From: Thermodesulfobacteriota bacterium
GTDB taxonomy: Bacteria > Desulfobacterota > Desulfobacteria > Desulfobacterales > C00003060
Direction: 5' to 3'
DNA length: 64,000 bases
Assembly: GCA_034189385.1 (NCBI GenBank)
Contig: JAXHVD010000008.1
Coordinates: 32,001-96,000 of the forward strand
Shown here: in pieces, positions 20,507 to 29,542 of the stretch
Layout of the letters: the number at the start of each line of letters is the position of its first letter
Position numbering within the stretch: position 1 is the first letter of the stretch
Program-made: the position numbers and the translations under genes
The notes under the pieces: model-generated
What the model was told of the DNA's origin: nothing
The model's input: the letters and a program-made list of their open reading frames with translations, nothing else
Database searches by the model: none

Positions 20507-20815
20507 TCAGGGCACAGCGACCGTGAGAAAGGTCTTCTTGCGTTGTAGTTCTATCTGTTTGGCATTCTTGCCTGTGAATACCAAGTTCACGCCCTTGCCC
20601 TTTAGCGCATAGACGTTATTCTGAAAGGTATCCTGGCCGAAGGGATAGATATGCCTTAGCCCTGTGGTGTGGATAAAGACTTTTTCTGAGCCGTTGCATT
20701 TTTCTTTAAGAACGTTGAGGAGTTCACATGCTGAAGTGCCATCGAAATCACCTGCAAGTCTAAGCTCCAGATGGCCCTTCTTTCGACGAGGTGAGACTCT
20801 GAAATTTGTGGCCAT
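20507..20815 (-). CDS. Small STAS-like (anti-sigma-antagonist-like) protein
   Basis: MATNFRVS...LRLAGDFDGTSACELL...VFIHTTGL; GGAGG RBS before ATG 20815. Confidence 0.65.
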   Translation of the reverse strand: MATNFRVSPRRKKGHLELRLAGDFDGTSACELLNVLKEKCNGSEKVFIHTTGLRHIYPFGQDTFQNNVYALKGKGVNLVFTGKNAKQIELQRKKTFLTVAVP

Positions 20816-20967
20816 GACTACCCTCCTGTCTTTGGTTTGATCTACAAGGGGGGCGGCGCCGTCACAGACACTCATCGTGCCTGGCGGGACCTCTACAGGG
20901 AACATGGCCCGTCGCCCTTCGAAAGGCAGCCGGTAGTAAGTTCGGCGCAACGAGTCGGTTCTTCCCG

Positions 20968-21351
20968 CTATTTCGCTGTTGAAGTGGCCCTTGTTTCAGC
21001 ATCTTTGGCCATTTCTGTCTTGCGTCGTTTCTTCTTTCTGCCCTCTTTGTGCCATTTCAGCCTCAGGTCATTTTCCTTTTCCCATGCCCGGTTCTGTGTA
21101 CTGACCATCTCGTCCCTATACTTTTTGCCAATCTCCCAGCACTCCAGGCAATACATCCCCTTGTGTGAATCCACCCACGGTTCTTTGTGAAACCGCCTGT
21201 GTCCGCTGCACACCAGCCTGCCGCAAGCATCGCATTCCATAATGGGGGTAACGCCCTTATTGCTCTTGTTGTGTGTTGTGCAGTAACTGCAGAAGTCACA
21301 ACAATACTCCAGAGTGACAGTACCATCGGGGTTTTCATGCTCTCTAATCAT
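20968..21351 (-). CDS. Hypothetical Cys-rich (putative Zn-binding) protein
   Basis: CDFC, CDAC, CSGH, CLEC; GGAGG RBS; co-oriented in the operon. Confidence 0.55.
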   Translation of the reverse strand: MIREHENPDGTVTLEYCCDFCSYCTTHNKSNKGVTPIMECDACGRLVCSGHRRFHKEPWVDSHKGMYCLECWEIGKKYRDEMVSTQNRAWEKENDLRLKWHKEGRKKKRRKTEMAKDAETRATSTAK

Positions 21352-21488
21352 AAGCCCCTCCCCACAAAAATCGTGATGATTGGTTGGCCTTCGTCTTTCT
21401 GCCGCGATCCGGAAAACAGACCCAATTCCTTCATATTAAAGAATGATAATGGCACAGAGAGTCTTTGCCGGTAGCTGTTCATCTTGAT

Positions 21489-21914
21489 TCAAAGCCCATG
21501 ATCTCCAGCAACACCCTGGACGAACGGCTGCGCCTTTGGCACCATGTTCGAATTTCGCTCAGGTCCCAGGAGATATGCTATCTTCCGCTTCAATTTGCCC
21601 AGAAACATGCTCTTTATCACGTAGCCGTCGGCTTCAGATATCCTCGGGTCCTCTCTGTAGCTGTCATAAGCCGTAAATATGATGACCGGTAGTCCAGGAT
21701 ATTGGTCCTTGATCTCGTGCAAGACGGAAACGCCGTCGTGCCCGTCCAGACAGAAATCCAAAAGGATCAAGTCGGGTGGCCAAAACCTCAAATAACCACG
21801 GACTGACTCCGCATCGTGTGCGGTTTGAACTCTATATCCCTCAGCGATCAGTTCCTCAGAAAGGAATGCTCGAATGCAGGCCTGATCATCCACAATGAGT
21901 ATTCTTGCCATCAT
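21489..21914 (-). CDS. Stand-alone response regulator receiver protein
   Basis: RILIVDD, PDLILLD, PVIIFTAY, YVIKS. Confidence 0.88.
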   Translation of the reverse strand: MMARILIVDDQACIRAFLSEELIAEGYRVQTAHDAESVRGYLRFWPPDLILLDFCLDGHDGVSVLHEIKDQYPGLPVIIFTAYDSYREDPRISEADGYVIKSMFLGKLKRKIAYLLGPERNSNMVPKAQPFVQGVAGDHGL

Positions 21915-22093
21915 GCCCTTCCTATCGTGGTAGTGCGAAACTGTTTGGATGAAGAATGGGACTCGGATTGCTGAAAGGGTTTGTCCTCCTTGCAAACCAT
22001 CTCGATCTGGCATTCAGGAAAGAGCCTCTTGAGCCATCCCCCTAGGGCCTCATTCGGTGTTGCCCCGCTGGTAAGTATCACAGTCCTGTCCAT
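21911..22093 (-). CDS. Small hypothetical protein (60 aa)
   Basis: First ORF after P4; stop overlaps the receiver start (ATGA); LKRLFPECQIEMV. Confidence 0.5.
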   Translation of the reverse strand: MDRTVILTSGATPNEALGGWLKRLFPECQIEMVCKEDKPFQQSESHSSSKQFRTTTIGRA

Positions 22094-22276
22094 GGTCTGC
22101 TTCTCGCCTTTTGCGGCTTGTGCATTTGTTCGGTGTGTGTTGTTTGCCCCGAAGCTTCTTCAGCGGATTTGGCCCAACTTGAGGCTTATTGGGACAAGGA
22201 TCCAGGCTATCTCCGAGGTCAATAGAATAGGGGCTCCTATGACGCCTGAATGCAAGCCAACTATGTAAAGAAAAAC

Positions 22277-22293
22277 AGCAAGGACTGTGCCAA
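22277..22293 (-). promoter_or_regulatory. sigma-54 promoter P4
   Basis: TTGGCACAGTCCTTGCT. Confidence 0.85.
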
Positions 22294-22389
22294 CCCTCCA
22301 ATATGGGGCGTTGGTAGGCCAAGAAGCTGAAAATAGGAATAATTCTGTGAGGTGGGCCGATTCTTTCACCTCGTGTTTTGACGAGAGGC

Positions 22390-22415
22390 TGTCAGCATTC
22401 TTTACACATTGTAAA
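22390..22415. promoter_or_regulatory. Enhancer-like motif copy 4
   Basis: TGTCAGCATTCTTTACACATTGTAAA, 99 bp from P4. Confidence 0.85.
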
Positions 22416-22444
22416 GGGTGGTTTTACGGTAACAAGGATGGGGA

Positions 22445-24067
22445 TTACAGGCGATTTTGTCCAACGGCCTGGGCAGTTTGTCTGGGCACCAGAAGATTGT
22501 CCTGGGAGAGTATCTCCTGTAACGCCCCTTCCAAAGACCCTTCCGTATCAATACGGATGTGAACATCATCAGGCACCTCGTCCAAGGGCTCAAAGAGGGC
22601 TTTCATCTTGTCAAAGTGGTGAAGCCGGGCGTCAGATACGGAAGCTGTCTTTTCCCTTTGAATAAGGCGTTCTTTGAGAACGGCTTCCGAAGAGATGCAC
22701 TCTACAAACATCACGTTAGCGTCGGCATCATTTGCCAGCCGAAGCACTTCGCGACGCTGGTGAAGGCTGGCGTATGTTGCATCCAGAATCACAGAGCGAC
22801 CGTTTTCAAGCTCTTCCTGGGCCAGGAGGAGGAGCTTGCCATATGTGAGCGAAGTGGCCTCTTTTGAGTAGAGCCCTGCTTCAAAAGGAAGATCCCTCTG
22901 CTCTTGGGGGTGCAGACCGAAGAGTGCCTTGCGAACCCTATCTGATGAAAAGGCATTGATATCCAGAGACTTGCCCAGGTCTTTGGCAATGGTACTCTTG
23001 CCCGAAGCTGGCATGCCGCAAATGACCCACAGGGTAGGGCGGGTAAACTGGACGGCATATTGATAGGCAAGGTCCGTGTATCGTCTGGTGTCCTTAAGGA
23101 GTCGGCCTCTTTCCTTCTTGGTGATATCCTTTTGCTGGAGGCGGAGACAATTTACCTTTATGCGCACAGAGGCCCTATAGCACTTATAGAAATCAAGGAG
23201 CGCAAACACGTCATGGTCTTGTGTGTCGCTAACGTACGCCTGGAGCAGGTCCTGGGCACTCCGTGGGTGGCCCTCGTAATCCAGGTCCATGGCCAGGAAG
23301 GCCAGGTCGGACGTGATATCTCCGTATCTAAATCGCTCATTGAATTCGATGCAGTCAACGATCTGAATGCCGTCTTCGAAATAGATATGCCCGGATCTCA
23401 AGTCGCCATGGCAATCACGGATCTTTTCCTTTTCCATGCGACGCTCGAAGAGCTCCTTCCGTCTTCTCAAAAAGGATCGCGTGGCAGCGCGCACAATCTG
23501 AAACAGGCGCTCATCTATGATGGTTCCCGAAAACGGTTCCGTTTGTCTGAAGTTTTCTTCGCAATTGGCCCGAACTGTTTTCCATGACCCAAAAGCGGTG
23601 ATGTCGCCCCCAGTGAGGGCTTGATCATAGAACCGGACAAGCGTGCGGGCCAGGGCCCGCAGTTTCCCCTTGTCGATCTTTCCTGCCTCCAACAGACGAA
23701 TCATGGAAGACTCCTGGAGGAGCTGGCGCATCTTCACGCAATACTCCACGGGGCGGCCGGGCCCTGCCATGAAATAGCGTCCGTCTTTTTGGGTGATGGG
23801 AACAACGCCAAGGTATACGTTTTGGGTGAGACGCCGATTGAGTGCCACCTCCTGGTGGCAAAAATATCTCCTCTTTTCGAGCGTGGTGTAGTCCAGAAAT
23901 TCCAGATCAATGGCCTTCTTTATCTTGTAGACAAAAGGCCCTGTCAAAAAGACCTTGGAAATATGCGTGTCACGTTGCTGAAGAAGCGTTACGGGGTGAG
24001 GATAAAAATCAGCCCGTTCCATGGCCTGAAAGATGTCCTTTTGTCTCGCCGTAGCCGCGCTTGTCAT
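22445..24067 (-). CDS. Aminoglycoside-phosphotransferase-like plus AAA_33 P-loop kinase fusion (Rv2004c-like)
   Basis: THISKVFL, YKIKK, RDCHGDL, DCIEFN, DLAFLAMDL; C-terminal GMPASGKST, SDRVRK, ILDAT, SDA. Confidence 0.9.
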   Translation of the reverse strand: MTSAATARQKDIFQAMERADFYPHPVTLLQQRDTHISKVFLTGPFVYKIKKAIDLEFLDYTTLEKRRYFCHQEVALNRRLTQNVYLGVVPITQKDGRYFMAGPGRPVEYCVKMRQLLQESSMIRLLEAGKIDKGKLRALARTLVRFYDQALTGGDITAFGSWKTVRANCEENFRQTEPFSGTIIDERLFQIVRAATRSFLRRRKELFERRMEKEKIRDCHGDLRSGHIYFEDGIQIVDCIEFNERFRYGDITSDLAFLAMDLDYEGHPRSAQDLLQAYVSDTQDHDVFALLDFYKCYRASVRIKVNCLRLQQKDITKKERGRLLKDTRRYTDLAYQYAVQFTRPTLWVICGMPASGKSTIAKDLGKSLDINAFSSDRVRKALFGLHPQEQRDLPFEAGLYSKEATSLTYGKLLLLAQEELENGRSVILDATYASLHQRREVLRLANDADANVMFVECISSEAVLKERLIQREKTASVSDARLHHFDKMKALFEPLDEVPDDVHIRIDTEGSLEGALQEILSQDNLLVPRQTAQAVGQNRL

Positions 24068-24224
24068 CGGTTCTCAGCAAGGACCCTTAAATGGTGTCTC
24101 CTTGTTTCCACGATACCGCCACCGGTTGTTGAGCCCACCCTGCCTCTTTCATCGTCGTAGGCAAGGGTAACAAGACTGACAGGGACGGGGGAAGCATCCC
24201 TGTGGCCATGGCAAGGCGCTTTTC

Positions 24225-24707
24225 CTATCCTGGAAGGGCTGTGATGAGGGTGGGTGTTCTAACCATTTCATAGACTTGCCTCTTGGCGATTTTGTATCTT
24301 TCAAAATAGCGTTGTGCAATGGAAAACATCACATTATATCCTAACCTGGGGTCATTGCGGCAGAGCTCAAACAACGGGACGGACTCTATGGCCATGACCT
24401 CGGAGTTCTCCAAGCACACAGCCGTTATGGGGTACTCTGGCGCCCTTAGCAAGGAGGCGGCTCCAAAAAGCTTGCCAGGATCACATGTCTCATAGGAAAT
24501 ACCTACCACATCTCCTGGACCGATATCTCGCAGGCTCACTAGGCCCTTGCTTACAAAAAAGACGTGAGTGGCCCTGTCGCCCCGATCATATACGTGTGTG
24601 TGCCGTCTATGAACCCTTTTCTCGGCACTTTTTGCCAGTTCTGATAATTGGTTATCTGAGAACGAATCAAACACTTGGCACTCTCTAAGATCGATGCCCT
24701 CTATCAT
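24225..24707 (-). CDS. Cyclic-nucleotide-binding domain protein (no HTH)
   Basis: YDRGDRA, FFVSKGLV, GKLFGAASLL, TAVC. Confidence 0.8.
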   Translation of the reverse strand: MIEGIDLRECQVFDSFSDNQLSELAKSAEKRVHRRHTHVYDRGDRATHVFFVSKGLVSLRDIGPGDVVGISYETCDPGKLFGAASLLRAPEYPITAVCLENSEVMAIESVPLFELCRNDPRLGYNVMFSIAQRYFERYKIAKRQVYEMVRTPTLITALPG

Positions 24708-24904
24708 CCTATTCCTCCCTTCGAACATGACCATTGACCAAACCCTTTCTTACTCGGCTCTGTGAGCTTTTTGATCCGCCAGGGCACGATCCTTCAGCGC
24801 CGCCCGGTGGTCCCGAAAAGCTGACGATAGCCACTCAAAGGGGGTGTCGTGAGGTCTCGGTATCTCATATGCCACTTGTGCCCACATGGGTTACCCCTGC
24901 AAAG

Positions 24905-24921
24905 AGCAATGGGTATGCCAA
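24905..24921 (-). promoter_or_regulatory. sigma-54 promoter P5
   Basis: TTGGCATACCCATTGCT. Confidence 0.85.
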
Positions 24922-25015
24922 GCAAAGAGATCCCTGGTCATCAGTCTAAGATTTTGAAAAGGCGTCACTTTCTAAAGAGTTGGCGGGTTAGGTGACCGAG
25001 AGATGGGGGAAGGAC

Positions 25016-25041
25016 TGTTTGAATTTTTTACAAATTGTAAA
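25016..25041. promoter_or_regulatory. Enhancer-like motif copy 5
   Basis: TGTTTGAATTTTTTACAAATTGTAAA, 97 bp from P5. Confidence 0.8.
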
Positions 25042-25200
25042 AGCGTCTGGCCGGAGAGTATGACAAGGTGAACAGCCAGACCCATTTCTGCCTTGGGGAA
25101 TCTGCTGTCTCCATCGGAGACTTCTGGGAGCGCTCAGGTGATAAATCTGGGGGGCAAGGATGGGAAGGGTTTAAGGTGCCTGGACAGGACTCCGTCCTTC

Positions 25201-25494
25201 TTACGAGTCCTGAGGGGCGAACTCGTGATGCCCTCGGAGGCAAGATATGTACTGCTGGGCAAGTTCGATCTCCATGACATGTTCACGAACTTTGTCAATA
25301 GCATCGGATCTATTCACAACACCTGCAGCAAAGGTTTCTTGAACCTGCACCAGCCTGTCCTCAAGCTGCTCGATGCGGCTTCGGAGCTGAGTCACGGCAT
25401 TTTGAGGACATAGTGCCATTAAGTAGTCGGACGGCTGAATCATGGCGGACTTCTGGTGGGTATCGCAACGCATCTTGTAAAGTCTGTTTTGCAT
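25201..25494 (-). CDS. Hypothetical helical/coiled-coil protein
   Basis: Only plausible ORF downstream of P6; GAAGG before ATG 25494; amphipathic LRSRIEQLEDRL. Confidence 0.4.
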   Translation of the reverse strand: MQNRLYKMRCDTHQKSAMIQPSDYLMALCPQNAVTQLRSRIEQLEDRLVQVQETFAAGVVNRSDAIDKVREHVMEIELAQQYISCLRGHHEFAPQDS

Positions 25495-25794
25495 GAAAGC
25501 ACCTTCTATGCCGCTTTGGTTTGGAAGGCCCTGATCGGGGCCCTTTGTCCACGAAAAGTTGCTCTGCTGCCCCCGCCAAGTGCCGTGTGACAACCCTCTA
25601 ATCACCTTTAAAAATGGTCAGGCCTTGTTGCTCCCTTAGGTGTTTCTGTTAAAGACAGAACATACACACAGAAGCAAGGTAAGGTCTGGATGCATCGTGT
25701 GTGTTGTATTAGAGCCATTGGTCCTAATCACGGACACGGCAGGGGCAGCAGCATATCGTGTTTTTCTCCCCTTATCATAATACAATCTACAACA

Positions 25795-25811
25795 AGCACA
25801 GAGCATGCCAA
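25795..25811 (-). promoter_or_regulatory. sigma-54 promoter P6
   Basis: TTGGCATGCTCTGTGCT; IHF-like ATAACTCCTTGAAAG lies between it and the motif. Confidence 0.7.
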
Positions 25812-25905
25812 CGACGCCACATGAGATCTTCTCCCATAACTCCTTGAAAGCACATGAGTGTTCTCGGGCAAAAACGGGGCTGGATGCTCGCGCGGCCAAA
25901 GGTTC

Positions 25906-25931
25906 TGTCAGGTTTTTTTACAGCCTGTAAA
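25906..25931. promoter_or_regulatory. Enhancer-like motif copy 6 (between divergent sigma-54 promoters)
   Basis: TGTCAGGTTTTTTTACAGCCTGTAAA, 97 bp from P6 and ~110 bp from the + strand promoter. Confidence 0.82.
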
Positions 25932-26038
25932 AAGGGCAACGTACGGGTCTCGTGAATCGCCACAGGGCGTTGTTGTTACAGCGGGAAGATGTGTCCTTTT
26001 ATCAAACAATTAGGCCTGGTTCGCAGCCATGTGTTGCC

Positions 26039-26055
26039 TTGGCACATCTCTTGCG
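26039..26055 (+). promoter_or_regulatory. sigma-54 promoter P6' (cNMP-binding gene)
   Basis: TTGGCACATCTCTTGCG. Confidence 0.8.
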
Positions 26056-26138
26056 GAAAATAATAATATACCATGCTTGTCGCTGCGGAGGCCACAGGCC
26101 AGGACAACAATCGCAGTTCCAATGGAAGGAGAAAGGTT

Positions 26139-26648
26139 ATGGAAATAGCAGAAGTATTAAAAGATGCGAGTCTATTTGCACCTCTATCCAGGGACCAACG
26201 GGACAGGATTGTTGCTCTTGGCAAAATGAAGAACTTCAAGGGATGCGACGTAGTCTTCAAACAAGGACAACCGGCCGATATCTTTTACGTGTTGTTGCAC
26301 GGGTGCCTTCGCCTTACTGTGGAGCACCCGGACGAGCTTGATCTCCTGGCCGAGACCATAGATCACAGGGGCGCCATTTTCGGGATGGCGGCATTGACAA
26401 AGAACGCCAGGTACAACGTGACGGCCACATGCAAAGACAGCGCGGCTGCCTTTGCTGTAGAAGCAAAAGGGCTGAGAGAAATCATAAGACAGGAGCCGAG
26501 TAACGGCCTTGAATCCATGGCTGAGCTGGCTCAGCTTTATTCAAACCGCCTGAACAACGCTCGCGCCACGGTGAACACCATGTGCAGGATCTTCGCGTCA
26601 CAAAGCCATAAGACCGAACTGTCTCACGCTTACTGGGAAGGGGAGTGA
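26139..26648 (+). CDS. Cyclic-nucleotide-binding domain protein (no HTH)
   Basis: VFKQGQPADIFYVLLHG, GAIFGMAAL, YNVTATC. Confidence 0.82.
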   Translation: MEIAEVLKDASLFAPLSRDQRDRIVALGKMKNFKGCDVVFKQGQPADIFYVLLHGCLRLTVEHPDELDLLAETIDHRGAIFGMAALTKNARYNVTATCKDSAAAFAVEAKGLREIIRQEPSNGLESMAELAQLYSNRLNNARATVNTMCRIFASQSHKTELSHAYWEGE

Positions 26649-26713
26649 ACCCGGAAAGCGCGTGCATTGCCCGTAGCTCCCTTGCAGGGATCCTCAATCG
26701 CGGGGCCTCCTAC

Positions 26714-28081
26714 TTACTTGAAGTGGAGACGCTTTTCTTTTTCCATGACGTCAATGATTTCATAGAAAATATTGGGAAATTTTCGAGAAATCCTTTCCCA
26801 AGACACGGTCTGGGGGGTCTCGAAGAGCTCATCGCTGGCCTGGTCCGCTGTCTGCGCCATGGTATGCAACAGACCGGAGGCCAGGTAAGGCTCGAAGGCC
26901 TTATGACTTCCCAGCAACGCGCTGAATCGTTCCACGATCCGATAAGGTGATATGAGAAGATCGCCGGCAGAAAGAATGGCGTTTTTGAAAACCTTCTGAA
27001 CCGTGGCCTCTTCAAGGTTCGTGTCATATTCGAGTCCGGAAAAAGCGGCATTGTCCGCATACATCTTAATCAGGCTGCTGGCTACATTGAGGTACGTTAC
27101 TGTAAGATCTCGGATGAAATGATCGGAGATCTCCAATCCCTCTTCAATAACAAGGGCACTCAACAGGGTGGTGACGATGTCAGTTGCCATCTTGTAGAGG
27201 CCCTTTTTCTTGTCCTCTTCTGACAGCGGTTGGTGCTTGTGATCAAAGGGCCCGCGGGAGATCTCCACTTGGGCAATGTTGGTGGCCTTGCGATAGACCT
27301 CGATGAGTGTGAAGATTTCCACACCCCAGTTCGTGGCGAAGTGCATTCGTTTGAGTAAATTGGCTTGAAAAACGACCTCCCCTGAAAGCTGGTAATGGAA
27401 GTTCAAGAGAAAATCTACCAAGCGTAAGACCTTTTCTTGTTTGGTGTCCGTGAATTTACGTTTCAGGGTGATGAGCAAAGGGTCCAGCAAGAGCCTCTTG
27501 ACGCGTCCATACATCCTGCGTTCCTGAAGGCGGGCGTAAAAGGCTTTGGAAAATTGATAGTTCAGGACCTGAACCGGGTAGAAAAGCCGGTCCAGTTGCT
27601 CCCGTCGGAACGTGCGGATGTCGGCGTCAATAAGGCCCACACTCTCGGCACCTAAGGCCATGGCGATGCCAAAGGAAAGGAACATGTTCCGACCCTTTCC
27701 GGGAACATCAAGGCGAAATCCTGCTTGAGACAGGTTCCTGTAGATCGAAGAGAATCCGGGCCCATCATTGTGCTGGATAAAACAGTTTTTAACACCATAG
27801 TGATCAACGAGTCTCATCAGTTCATAGACATCCTCTTCCTTAGCCTGATCTAGGCCGAGAATGATGCGGGAAAGGTAAGAGGCGGTGCGCAGCTGTTTGA
27901 GCATGTTTTCGAAAGTAGCCCGATTTTCGGGATTCGTGTACTCTGATGCCAAAAGGGGAATGATGAGCACAGCCTTCTTCCACTTGGAATGGTCCCTGAG
28001 TTCTGACTTCAGGTCGGGACGGGATCTGGCCAAGAGGTGGAATGTGGCAATCTGTGTATGCTTTTGAGCAAAATTGGACAC
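26714..28081 (-). CDS. Glucosyl-3-phosphoglycerate synthase-like GT-A glycosyltransferase
   Basis: GKGRNM, IDADIRTF, KAFYAR, YGRVKRL, YQLSGE, NWGVEI, DHKHQPLS; GTG start with AGGAGG. Confidence 0.75.
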   Translation of the reverse strand: MSNFAQKHTQIATFHLLARSRPDLKSELRDHSKWKKAVLIIPLLASEYTNPENRATFENMLKQLRTASYLSRIILGLDQAKEEDVYELMRLVDHYGVKNCFIQHNDGPGFSSIYRNLSQAGFRLDVPGKGRNMFLSFGIAMALGAESVGLIDADIRTFRREQLDRLFYPVQVLNYQFSKAFYARLQERRMYGRVKRLLLDPLLITLKRKFTDTKQEKVLRLVDFLLNFHYQLSGEVVFQANLLKRMHFATNWGVEIFTLIEVYRKATNIAQVEISRGPFDHKHQPLSEEDKKKGLYKMATDIVTTLLSALVIEEGLEISDHFIRDLTVTYLNVASSLIKMYADNAAFSGLEYDTNLEEATVQKVFKNAILSAGDLLISPYRIVERFSALLGSHKAFEPYLASGLLHTMAQTADQASDELFETPQTVSWERISRKFPNIFYEIIDVMEKEKRLHFK

Positions 28082-28246
28082 TTCTATCCCTCCTTTTCAA
28101 TCATGACAGAGCAACAAAGGAAGCGCCTTGACAGGCTCACAAGCAACGAACAAAGGTCTTTTTCGGCAGCACAGTGCAAAAGGGGCCTCTCTTTTGCGTC
28201 GTGGTTTGTCATGAAGCAAAGTGAGGATAAGAAGAGACACTTTTTC

Positions 28247-29176
28247 TCAGGGAACCAACCACGCAGCACTGTCAGAGATCTTGTTGAGAATATGCCTGGA
28301 GACGCTTCCCATGAAAAAGGCATTGCTTGTACCGGTTCTTCCAACGACAATGGTACCGTATTTTCCTTTCTTGGCTTGCGTCACGATGGCCTTGGCCACG
28401 TCCATGGTGGGTTTGGTTACGCTGATTTCGATCTGTGTCTCACTCAGACCAACTTCTTTAAATTTATCCAAGGCTTGGGCATAGAAACGGTCGATGCACC
28501 GTTTCTCGCCTCTTGCCATTACTTCGCCGGCAGCCCCTTCTTTATCGTCAAAATCAATGGCACAGTAGTCCCTGAACTTTGGTTTCACATGAACTAAGGT
28601 GGCCTTTGCTTCTTCGTTCCCCCCTACCATGAAGCAAAGGTGATCCACAGCCCGAAGTGAGGCCTCAGAGCCATCCACGGCGAGCAGAAGCTTCATGGAG
28701 GTCACATCTCCATCTACTATCCATAGGGGAATCACCCGGGAGTGCTCCACTAATTTCGTGGTGATGCTTCCCATTAAAGTCTCCTGTATTCTGGAGAGCC
28801 CTCTTCTGCCTACAACAATGGCATCAAAAAGACCCTTCTGGGCGCCGTCCAGGATGTCTTTACAAATCCCCATTATCTTTATTTGGGTGGAAGTCTCAAT
28901 GCGCTCCTCTTTGATTCCCATTCTGACCATTCTGGCCTTGTGCTTTTCCAGAACTCTTTGGGCAAGTTCAGTGTTCTTCTGGATGATCTTTTTCAGTTCG
29001 GCCCTGGCCTTGAGATCGGTTTCAGCCTCATCCAAGAGATACTGGGACAGGGTGGGTTGTACATGAAAAAGGGTGTACGTCAGATCTGAGACAACGGTTG
29101 CCATTCTGACGGCATATGTCACTGCGTTGGTTGAATGGATGGATCCGTCCACTGCCAGCAAGATTTTCTTGTCCAT
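28247..29176 (-). CDS. Universal stress protein, tandem USP domains
   Basis: KILLAVDGS, VGRRGLS...MGSIT; LLLAVDGS, MGSVSRHI; paralog of 9967-10896. Confidence 0.92.
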   Translation of the reverse strand: MDKKILLAVDGSIHSTNAVTYAVRMATVVSDLTYTLFHVQPTLSQYLLDEAETDLKARAELKKIIQKNTELAQRVLEKHKARMVRMGIKEERIETSTQIKIMGICKDILDGAQKGLFDAIVVGRRGLSRIQETLMGSITTKLVEHSRVIPLWIVDGDVTSMKLLLAVDGSEASLRAVDHLCFMVGGNEEAKATLVHVKPKFRDYCAIDFDDKEGAAGEVMARGEKRCIDRFYAQALDKFKEVGLSETQIEISVTKPTMDVAKAIVTQAKKGKYGTIVVGRTGTSNAFFMGSVSRHILNKISDSAAWLVP

Positions 29177-29361
29177 AGCACACACTCCTTTGCCTTGATG
29201 GCCCCTATGGTGGATGTGACCCTCAGTCAGACCGACCGGCCATACCCTTCCACGTGCGTTGTCACATCCCTGGATAAGCCAAGCCACCAATTCCATGGGG
29301 CTCTTTGGCCCTCTTTTCACTTACCAAATAGCCGCGACAAGATCGGCTGCTACACTCAAAC

Positions 29362-29378
29362 AGCAACGGCTGTGCCAG
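29362..29378 (-). promoter_or_regulatory. sigma-54 promoter P7 (usp-glycosyltransferase)
   Basis: CTGGCACAGCCGTTGCT. Confidence 0.85.
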
Positions 29379-29477
29379 AAGAAGATGGAGGAGCGAAAAA
29401 ACAACTAATAGTCTGAAATGAGGCGCCCTTGACAAGACCGGGGGGAGCCTCTTGATGGAAGAAAAAGCACGGGCCCC

Positions 29478-29503
29478 TGTCTCAAATTTTTACATGCTGT
29501 AAA
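29478..29503. promoter_or_regulatory. Enhancer-like motif copy 7
   Basis: TGTCTCAAATTTTTACATGCTGTAAA, 102 bp from P7. Confidence 0.8.
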
Positions 29504-29542
29504 AGGCTGGGCGAAAAGGCTCCCCAGGTGCACGGCAAAACC

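Noticed and set aside
22445..24067. Aminoglycoside resistance gene
   Set aside because: The APH-like fold is fused to a P-loop kinase, as in the Rv2004c-like stress family, not a resistance enzyme
9926..29503. Recurring 26-bp sequence as a CRISPR repeat or IS end
   Set aside because: Copies are kilobases apart, have no spacers, cas genes or target duplications, and keep a fixed distance to sigma-54 promoters
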